The notes under the pieces were generated by a model. The model was given only the letters and a program-made list of their open reading frames with translations. It searched no databases and was not told where the DNA came from. A stretch of 64,000 nucleotides of DNA from an uncultured Gammaproteobacteria bacterium (GTDB lineage: Bacteria; Patescibacteriota; Patescibacteriia; UBA9934; CAZDDW01): contig OZ246408.1 in NCBI GenBank assembly GCA_965231015.1, positions 686,595-750,594 of the forward strand, read 5' to 3'. The translations under genes were made by a program, and so were the position numbers. Shown piece after piece: positions 56,841 through 64,000 of the stretch. Positions within the stretch are counted from its first letter, which is position 1. Each line of letters begins with the position of its first letter.

Positions 56841-57951
56841 AAACTGATTCTAACTTGTCAATCAAAATAGATCCAGCATACATTTGTTCGGCTCGAGTTC
56901 GAGCTGTCCGACCCATCACCTCCCGAGTCTGATAATCTTTTAAAAGCTCAGTCAGGGTCTTGGCCAGAACGTTCGGATCACCCGGTTTAACGAGCTGTCC
57001 AGTCTTGCCCGGCTCGATCACACTGCGTACACCTGGCAAGTCCGAGACAATGGACGGTATACCACTAGCGGCTGCTTCCACAGTCACGATTCCAAAGGCT
57101 TCCGAGCTATCCGTCGACGGTAAAACATGTACGTCTGCGGCACGATAATACTCAGGCAAATCTTCAGGCCCAACACTACCTGCAAAAATAACCCGATCAG
57201 CCAAACCATGAACGCGAGCGGTTTCTTCGTAACTCGATTTCAAGTCTCCTGAGCCAACCACTACCAAATGCCAAGGAAAATTTTTAATCTGTTCAAACGC
57301 TCGTAACAACACCGACACCCCCTTGAAGTAATGAGCCTTATCGAGTCCGCCCACAAAAATAATAACGGGTTCATTTTTTGGAATTCCAAATTTTGACCGA
57401 ACTGAGTCTCCTGTTCCTGGATGGAATTGATTTATGTCGACCCCAAAAGGCATCTCAACAACATCCGACGAACGACGTGCGACAAGCTCGGAGATCTTTG
57501 AGTGCTTTGCATAATCAAGTGAGCTGATCAAAATCTTATCCGAAATTTCCAACACCATTTTTCGCATCACAGCCCCGTGAGTCTTGTCAATTAAACCAAC
57601 CAGGCCGCCTTTTTTAATGTCCATGTGGTAGGTCGTGACTAAGAGTTTATTTCCCATGGCCTTCCACATGGCCACAAACTCGGCCCCACCAAAAAATGGA
57701 TAGTGGAGATGAACGACATCGAAACCAATCAGTTCGTTCCTTAAACTCGGCAAGGCAGCAGCGTTACCAAACTTAATGAGCGGTTTGATCCGATGAACGT
57801 ATTCAGGATCGTTTTTGACTGGTCGATACTTTGGCGTAAACACCTGAACGTCGTGTCCTCGAGCTCGCAGCTTTTCGGTATATTCAAAAGCCACGGTGCC
57901 AATTCCACCGCGGTATGGGGGGTAAACAGGAGTAACTTGAGCTATTTTCAT
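56818..57951 (-). CDS. Glycosyltransferase family 4
   Basis: YPPYRGGIG, FKGV, PSTDSSEAFGIVTVEAAASG. Confidence 0.92.
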   Translation of the reverse strand: MKIAQVTPVYPPYRGGIGTVAFEYTEKLRARGHDVQVFTPKYRPVKNDPEYVHRIKPLIKFGNAAALPSLRNELIGFDVVHLHYPFFGGAEFVAMWKAMGNKLLVTTYHMDIKKGGLVGLIDKTHGAVMRKMVLEISDKILISSLDYAKHSKISELVARRSSDVVEMPFGVDINQFHPGTGDSVRSKFGIPKNEPVIIFVGGLDKAHYFKGVSVLLRAFEQIKNFPWHLVVVGSGDLKSSYEETARVHGLADRVIFAGSVGPEDLPEYYRAADVHVLPSTDSSEAFGIVTVEAAASGIPSIVSDLPGVRSVIEPGKTGQLVKPGDPNVLAKTLTELLKDYQTREVMGRTARTRAEQMYAGSILIDKLESVYENLHHN

Positions 57952-58165
57952 ATCCTGTTGATTTTAGCTTAAAATCAGGTTAAAGTACAATTCAATCTAA
58001 ATTTTTCCAATTGACGTTTATGCTCAGGCGTGGCAGTATAACGTGTCAAAGCGAAAATTAATCGGACAATCTCCCAAAACCTATAGGAGGCAACATAGAA
58101 ATCATTAGAATGGAGTGGGTCTTCGTGGTCATTCTTCTGATGAGAAAATTCACTGAGGGGAAAAC

Positions 58166-58458
58166 ATGAAGTTCGTGATTTTGCAAGACCCCCCTCGCTG
58201 GGGGAGACGGATCGCAAGATATACGCAACCACGCCGGGCGGCTTTCGAGATCCCGAGTCAACAGTGCTTGGGGAGTTCGAAACTGAAGCCCCCAATCACC
58301 TCATTGGTGACTTGGGAATCCTGACTTGCTTTGGGCGCAATGCTTTCAAAACAGGTGCAAATTGGGCTCGTGAAAATCCCGACAAGTCGTTCGATGAGGA
58401 CTGCGCACGGCGACGAGGTTTACCGTTGGTTAGTGGTGTTTTCAACAAACGTCACTAG
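58166..58458 (+). pseudogene. Small gene possibly frameshifted at a C6 run
   Basis: SD GAGGGG plus ATG 58166; one extra C at 58189-58194 would join it to the 58264-58458 frame (~97 aa). Confidence 0.35.
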
Positions 58459-58514
58459 CCGAGGGCTTTTTATTAATCACTAAACCAATTTTATCGAAAT
58501 TAAACTTTTTCCTA

Positions 58515-59130
58515 CTCGGCCAAAATCTCACGATCGTGAAATTTCGGACAATCAATATAAATATTGTGTGTATAATGCGTACCATTTAATCTTTTAGTTA
58601 AAAGGTTGTCGGGAGTGCATTGTATAAAAAGTGGACGACCGTCAAAAAGCAACCAACCACAAGGTGCTAATACGTAAAAGAAAAAAACCTTATTTGACCA
58701 CGTGCACAAATAAGGACCTTTTTTGACTTAATGTTATTACCTCTTTCCCCTACCACAAAATCAACTTAATCATATCTGAATAATATGCTTTCTCAGGCAA
58801 AATCTCACGATCGTGAGATTTTGGTCAATCGGTACAAAAATTTATGTAAAATAGGCTCCATTTAACCTTTTGGTTAAATGATCATTCGGTGTTTATTGTA
58901 CAAAAATAGACGGTCGTCAGATAATATACAATTCAAAACCTGTCAATCTTAAATCGAACTATGCATTATTTCGACAAAAATTCGCGATCGTGAAAAAGTG
59001 CCGAAACTAAAAACCAACACGGTTTATACAATCGTATAAACCGTGTTGGTTCAATCAAATTCGATTGGCATTCCATGTCTTGTTTTTGTCTTTTTTGTTC
59101 CCTATCACCAAATCAACTTATTAATTACTT
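58515..59130. repeat. Duplicated non-coding palindrome-rich block (two units, offset 277 nt)
   Basis: Units start CAAAATCTCACGATCGTGA at 58521 and 58798, share CCATTTAA.CTTTT.GTTAAA, ATTGTA.AAAA..GACG..CGTCA and end in AAATCAACTTA. Confidence 0.8.
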
Positions 59131-59139
59131 TCCAAAAGT

Positions 59140-59179
59140 AAAAACCCTGCCCGAGGGTTGGCTCGGGCAGGGTTTTTTT
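59140..59179 (-). terminator. Intrinsic terminator for lipoprotein gene
   Basis: AAAAACCCTGCCCGAG-GGTTGG-CTCGGGCAGGGTTTTT. Confidence 0.85.
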
Positions 59180-59183
59180 ATTT

Positions 59184-60773
59184 CTACATCTTTTCCCAGA
59201 TATTTATGGCTAAACCTTGCATGGCCGGTATAGTGGTCAACAAATTCCCCTCTTTTTTAAATTCCATACCTTGTCCAGTCTGATCCTCACTGAAATAGAT
59301 CGTTACGGTTGAGCCCTCATAAACATAGTTCATATCAGCAACATAGTCTGAGCTCAAATTGTATTGACCTGTACCATCGGCATTTAAAACCAGGTGGGCA
59401 TCCGGATACATGAGAAGGGCTGTGTCTTTTCTATACCCTTCACCAATTATTTCTATCAATCTATAGGTCCCTGCTACATCACTCAGATTGCTTCCAACAT
59501 TAGTCTCCTCCTCAACCACTTCTTCCCCAACTACCTCTTCTGTCTCTTCCACCTGCGGTGGTGGTTCGTATTCATTCAGACCAAATTGACTGGCGTCAAT
59601 CTCGGCTTGCGTTTGTTCTTCCAGGTTCTTTTGCCAGTTGTTCAGGTTTACAGAGGTAACATCGTTAAGACCGAAACTGGCCACATCAATGGTCTGGTCC
59701 TCTCCGTTTGTTACTTCTAAATCTTCAATCAGAGCCACTTCTTCAGTACTGTCTGAAGTGGTAACGTCCCACTCACCTTCCGGAAGTTCAATGGTTGCTT
59801 CTGGTGCGTCCTCTACAGCTAGAGCTACCATGAGTGGTCCATCAGTTTGAGCTTTAGTGAAAATAGCGTCAGCAATTTGGTCTTGTGTGGTTTCTTCCAA
59901 AGCGTCCCAAGATGAACCAATAGCATCATCATCAATAGCTCCGGCTAAAGAGCCTACACTTTCATTAATTGCCAGAAACACCTTTTTCTTGTCTCCGGTG
60001 GTTGTGGTGTTAGAGTTTTTAACAATAATATCGGCTTTTCCCACACTGTCTAACTCGCGTTTGGTAACCAGTTGTTTTACTACGTTTTCAGCGTAACCGC
60101 TTGGAGTAATTGGGTTTTCTCCGCCAGTGACTGCTTGACTGGCTTCCACCACGGTTTCGACAGCGGTTTTTCCAAGATCAGTGACTACCTTGGTCCAATC
60201 AATCAGTCCACCCACTTCTGGGTCACGAGATAGTCTTTCAATGGTGCTGTCGCTTGCATTTTCAAGGTCACTAACTGAACTCAAACCGTGATACTCCAAA
60301 ATTCGGTCACGGTCTCCACTGTACATATCCTGCAATCCGGTATAAATGCCTTCTCGAGCTGTTTCAATGGATTGATGTTTGGCTTTTACTAGTGAGCCAA
60401 AGATAGGAATGTAGTAGAGCCAGCTGGAACGCTTTTTGGCGTACGCCGCACGGATGAGCGGATCAAGCGCTGCGTTTGTGGACCCTTGTTCCATCAGCTC
60501 AGCCATTTTTTCAGCTTGAGCCATGGATTCATTGGCAATAGCCAAGAAGGCATGGTAGTTTTCAAAAAAGATGTCTGAATCCGCTTCACTAGCGGCAAAG
60601 ATCATGTTTTTGTCGTACTGGTTAAGGTAAACGACATTGTCATGAAAATCTGCCATGAGGTCTGCCGGATTGTATTGTCTGGCTTGTTTGTCAAAAAGAC
60701 TGCCCAGTGAGCAACCACTCAACAGTGAAGCCATGACCAACAAGACCAAAGCTTTTGGTATTAATTTTAACAT
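59184..60773 (-). CDS. Hypothetical acidic lipoprotein
   Basis: Lipobox LLSGC; C-terminal 'AGTYRL..LVLNADGTG' beta-barrel-like domain after an E-rich linker. Confidence 0.75.
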   Translation of the reverse strand: MLKLIPKALVLLVMASLLSGCSLGSLFDKQARQYNPADLMADFHDNVVYLNQYDKNMIFAASEADSDIFFENYHAFLAIANESMAQAEKMAELMEQGSTNAALDPLIRAAYAKKRSSWLYYIPIFGSLVKAKHQSIETAREGIYTGLQDMYSGDRDRILEYHGLSSVSDLENASDSTIERLSRDPEVGGLIDWTKVVTDLGKTAVETVVEASQAVTGGENPITPSGYAENVVKQLVTKRELDSVGKADIIVKNSNTTTTGDKKKVFLAINESVGSLAGAIDDDAIGSSWDALEETTQDQIADAIFTKAQTDGPLMVALAVEDAPEATIELPEGEWDVTTSDSTEEVALIEDLEVTNGEDQTIDVASFGLNDVTSVNLNNWQKNLEEQTQAEIDASQFGLNEYEPPPQVEETEEVVGEEVVEEETNVGSNLSDVAGTYRLIEIIGEGYRKDTALLMYPDAHLVLNADGTGQYNLSSDYVADMNYVYEGSTVTIYFSEDQTGQGMEFKKEGNLLTTIPAMQGLAINIWEKM

Positions 60774-60822
60774 AAGATGAGTTAATTATTGGGTGTATAA
60801 TAACAAAAATGGGCGTGTTTAT

Positions 60823-61908
60823 CTACCACCAAAACAACTTTCTAATCACCTGCCAGAGGAAGTCGAGGAAGAGGTTGGCGAACCAGGATAATGGGGTTTC
60901 TGAGACTGACTCGAGATTTTGGTAGCCAATACGGCCGGTGAAGTGTTTGACAATTTCTCGATCTGATACAACTCGAGACTCTTGCGAAATCCGGCGTTTA
61001 GCCAGGATATTTTTTATTGTGGCTGGTTTCAGTAAATCGTAATAGGTCAACATTTTATGCTTGAACCAACCGGACGGAATCGAGATGAGCCATAGACCAA
61101 GTTCAACGAATAACAAAACCGGCAAGAGCAAAATCAACGTCGCGAGCTTATAATGCGTGAGCATGACGATCCATCGGTTACGCTCCATCCAAAACCACTT
61201 CTTGATTGATCGAGAGAACTCGTACTTGTGATACGCGACCGAATACAATGAGAGAACGTTTGTGTAGCCAGCGAGCATAATCCGCCAACCAAGTTCCAGA
61301 TCCTCATGATACAACCATAGAAACTCATCGAGCGCACCAATTTTTTTCAAAACACTGGCTCGATACATTACGGCTGCCCCACTGGCATACGCAATCTCTT
61401 CCCCATCTTGAGCTTTCGACCCACCAAACTCCACTCCATTGTCCCGACTAAACCCAAACCCCAAAAAATGAATCATGTTCCCGCTCGAGTTTAACGTTTC
61501 CGGATCCTGCCAGAGTTTGATGAGCGACTGAACTGAACCGATCTTCGGATTACTCTCGGCGAGCTCGACCGCTTTTTCAATAGCTCGAGAATCGAGTTTG
61601 GCATCGTTGTTTAAGAGATAAACGTAGTCATAACCAGCGAGTAAAGCATGATTGATCCCGATATTATTCCCGATAGCAAACCCTGTGTTAGTTTCATTTA
61701 AAAAAAACGTGATCCTTGGCAAATCCTGCTCGGATCGAGGCAAAACCTTATTCTTGATATACTCAGCTGAATTGTCTTCGCCCGGATTATCAACAATCAC
61801 TAATTCCATTAATTCGTGCGGATAAGTTTGCTTGGCGAATGATAAAACAACGTCGTCGATATACGGACGAGCGTTGTATGAAAGATAGATTATAGCTACT
61901 TTTGGCAA
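60823..61908 (-). CDS. Glycosyltransferase family 2 (WbbL-like rhamnosyltransferase)
   Basis: NTGFAIGNN, LLNNDA, SGAAVM, FLWLYHEDLELGWR. Confidence 0.9.
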   Translation of the reverse strand: MPKVAIIYLSYNARPYIDDVVLSFAKQTYPHELMELVIVDNPGEDNSAEYIKNKVLPRSEQDLPRITFFLNETNTGFAIGNNIGINHALLAGYDYVYLLNNDAKLDSRAIEKAVELAESNPKIGSVQSLIKLWQDPETLNSSGNMIHFLGFGFSRDNGVEFGGSKAQDGEEIAYASGAAVMYRASVLKKIGALDEFLWLYHEDLELGWRIMLAGYTNVLSLYSVAYHKYEFSRSIKKWFWMERNRWIVMLTHYKLATLILLLPVLLFVELGLWLISIPSGWFKHKMLTYYDLLKPATIKNILAKRRISQESRVVSDREIVKHFTGRIGYQNLESVSETPLSWFANLFLDFLWQVIRKLFWW

Positions 61909-61976
61909 TGACAGAAAACAAAGGTTTATGGATAATGTTTAATAGAACTTTGCCTATTAACTTTTTTCTATTAACT

Positions 61977-62981
61977 CTATACCTGGGTCAACAAAATCTT
62001 ATTAGCTTTAACGTACTCGATGGTTTTTTCTAATCCATCTTCAAGTCTAACTAACGGAATCCAACCAAACTCTCTGGCTTTACCAATGCGTGGCAACCCG
62101 AGTTCCGTCAAAAATGGTAACGGAGCCTCAAAACGAATCTTAGAAGACGAACCGGTTTTATCAAGAATCATCTGCGCCACATCTGACATTTTCAAATCTT
62201 TATCATCCCCTAAGTTAACCGGCCCCACATTTTCCTCAAGCGCCATTAAACGAACCATTCCGTCTACCACATCAGTCACATAACAAAGCGAGGTGCGGAA
62301 ACCTTCATCACCATAAATCACCAGATCTTTATTTTCAAGAGCATTTAACACAAAATCCGGAATCAAGTGCCCGTCAAACAGCGGCATGCGTGGTCCATAA
62401 GTGCGGAAAATGCGAGCAATTTTGGCGTCAACCCCGTGTACCTGCCGGTAAGTTTCAAACATGGTTTCAGAAAAACGCTTTCCCTCGTCATAACAACCTC
62501 GTGGTGACAAGTGATCGACAACTCCATTTTCATCTTCTTCAAAATAGATATCACCCTCTTTTCGACCGCCATAAACAACTGAAGTCGAAGCCAGCATAAT
62601 CTTGGCTTTGTATTTAACAGCTAGCTCTAAAAAATGATAGTTGCCCAGCGAATTTGAAAGCAGAGTCTGGATTTTATACTGATCGAACTGTTTAATAGTG
62701 GTCGGACAAGCTAAATGATAAATCTCCTGAATCCCTTCAAAAGCGATCTTTAATGGTTCAAGTTCGGGCATTTTTTCCAGATCAAACTTTTCATTAACGT
62801 CCATTTTTAAGAAAAAGAAGTCGTTGTGCTGCAACAAATGCTCAATGTTGCGCACATGGGACGTGGAAAAATTATCAATACAAATTACCCGGTTATCTTC
62901 CTGAATTAATCTCTCACAAAGGTGAGAACCAATAAAGCCGGCTCCTCCGGTCACTAAAACTGTTTTCTTGTTATTTGCCAT
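61977..62981 (-). CDS. NAD-dependent epimerase/dehydratase (UDP-glucuronate decarboxylase-like)
   Basis: TGGAGFIGSHLC, IYHLACP, RGCYDEGKR, RIFRTYGPRM. Confidence 0.9.
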   Translation of the reverse strand: MANNKKTVLVTGGAGFIGSHLCERLIQEDNRVICIDNFSTSHVRNIEHLLQHNDFFFLKMDVNEKFDLEKMPELEPLKIAFEGIQEIYHLACPTTIKQFDQYKIQTLLSNSLGNYHFLELAVKYKAKIMLASTSVVYGGRKEGDIYFEEDENGVVDHLSPRGCYDEGKRFSETMFETYRQVHGVDAKIARIFRTYGPRMPLFDGHLIPDFVLNALENKDLVIYGDEGFRTSLCYVTDVVDGMVRLMALEENVGPVNLGDDKDLKMSDVAQMILDKTGSSSKIRFEAPLPFLTELGLPRIGKAREFGWIPLVRLEDGLEKTIEYVKANKILLTQV

Positions 62982-63023
62982 ATTTTTCTTTTACCTTCCT
63001 AATTCTATCAAAAAAGCACGAAA

Positions 63024-63998
63024 TTACCAATCCCAGACCGCTAAATTAATCCCTCCTGCATAAGCATCATCTTCTGCAAAAAACTGGCCAATCACCACCT
63101 CTCTGTCCCAAACACGAACATGCGGACCGCCACCCGGCCCGGCCGCAGTGACAACTTCAGCCACCCCATCCCCGGTTATGTCTCCCACCGCAACCCGAAC
63201 TCCTCCACGGAACGCCTCGTTATAAGCAAAAAAATCATAATCGAGTACACCTGAGCCTGTAAACACCCGCACGTGTGGCCCACCGCCCACGTCAGTTCCA
63301 GTTACGATTTCATCTACCCCGTCTCCATTAATGTCGCCTCCGGCTACAAAAATACCTTTGCCATAGGTTTCAGCATAAGCATCAAACTCACCTAAAAACT
63401 GACCGGTTGGCTCAAACACTCGTACTCGCGGTTTATTCCCCGGCCCAAGCCCGGTGACGATCTCATCCACGCCGTCCCCATCAACGTCCGCCGCAGCCAC
63501 CCGAACACCTAATTGCCCTATTTCAAATGCCTTAATTGTACCAAGTTCGGCTCCTTCTGCCGTAAATATTTTTACCCGACCACTTCCTCCAGCGTCTTCA
63601 GTTACTAAAATTTCATCCGTTCCGTCACGGTTTACGTCTCCAGAAGCCACAAACAAGCCGGTTCGTCCAGCCTCGTCATATGCAAACCACTGATTGATCA
63701 GGGTGCCGTCTGACTCAAAAATTCTGATTTGCGGCCCACCGCCAGGGCCAGCTCCAACAATCACCTCATCTTCGCCGTCTCCGTCTATGTCTCCGGAAGC
63801 TAAACGCACCCCGCCTGCAAACGTCTCTGCATAACCATAGTAACTTGGTTCAGTATAACTGGTGGCGTAGTACGGGGTCACAAGCGGCTTAGCATCATCT
63901 GAAGGAGCAGTATAAATTAACCAGCTTGGGTTGGCCGTAGAAGTTTCATATTCAACCGAAAAACTGCCGGCAATTTCTAAAGCTCGGTCAATATTCAA
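63024..63998 (-). CDS. FG-GAP/VCBS repeat surface protein, C-terminal part (gene starts beyond window)
   Basis: Five repeats of G.R.A.GD.DGDG.DEI..G.GPGGGP.VRVF. Confidence 0.88.
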   Translation of the reverse strand: MNIDRALEIAGSFSVEYETSTANPSWLIYTAPSDDAKPLVTPYYATSYTEPSYYGYAETFAGGVRLASGDIDGDGEDEVIVGAGPGGGPQIRIFESDGTLINQWFAYDEAGRTGLFVASGDVNRDGTDEILVTEDAGGSGRVKIFTAEGAELGTIKAFEIGQLGVRVAAADVDGDGVDEIVTGLGPGNKPRVRVFEPTGQFLGEFDAYAETYGKGIFVAGGDINGDGVDEIVTGTDVGGGPHVRVFTGSGVLDYDFFAYNEAFRGGVRVAVGDITGDGVAEVVTAAGPGGGPHVRVWDREVVIGQFFAEDDAYAGGINLAVWDW

Positions 63999-64000
63999 CC

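Noticed and set aside
57975-58295. 106-aa minus-strand ORF
   Set aside because: No motif or RBS; overlaps the better-supported plus-strand frameshifted ORF
58515-59130. CRISPR array
   Set aside because: Only 2-3 degenerate palindromes with 180-280-nt spacing, similar rather than unique spacers, and no cas genes
63024-63998. FG-GAP repeats as a novel repeat system
   Set aside because: Ordinary protein-level repeats common in CPR surface proteins
1-64000. Alternative genetic code (UGA=Gly, code 25)
   Set aside because: Conserved genes are full length under code 11 and ftsE ends in TGA overlapping the ftsX start

Overview
Gene-dense bacterial chromosome segment in standard code 11. It most likely comes from a Patescibacteria/CPR genome (Parcubacteria-ABY1/Uhrbacteria-like). 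This is inferred from the gene repertoire, the scarcity of Shine-Dalgarno motifs, the presence of L9, the FG-GAP/PEGA/'SLIKGS..AVYY' surface proteins, and abundant short palindromes. 1-17 kb (+) is a type IV pilus locus: histidine kinase, receiver protein, PilB, PilC, four minor pilins (one a ~1670-aa pilin-adhesin fusion), a PilM fused to a transmembrane helix and a baseplate-J-like domain, two tandem major pilins with constant and variable blocks, and a large acidic surface protein. 17-52 kb (mostly -) holds housekeeping and envelope genes: ftsEX, rlpA-like, prsA-like, ftsB-like, murE/D/G/A, ftsW, mraY, P-type ATPase, a Translin/TRAX-family protein, greA, rpmA, rplI, pyrG, ctpA, rmlBCDA, GT-C glycosyltransferases, pgsA, and tRNA-Thr and tRNA-Lys. 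52-64 kb holds ahpC-sod, GT4/GT2 genes, a lipoprotein, an epimerase and an FG-GAP protein. No integrase, transposase, reverse transcriptase, CRISPR array or rRNA was seen. The most unusual signals are: (i) the remodelled pilus machine; (ii) a non-coding palindrome network (TCACGATCGTGA and CCTTATTTGACCACGTGGTCAAATAAGG families) linking an orphan ArsR gene, the ahpC-sod spacer and a duplicated non-coding block at 58.5-59.1 kb; (iii) a dispersed ~150-nt rod-like structured repeat in two copies; (iv) a bacterial TRAX-like nuclease; (v) an unannotated 25-aa acidic micropeptide with its own promoter and terminator. All family calls are by motif recognition, not database search.
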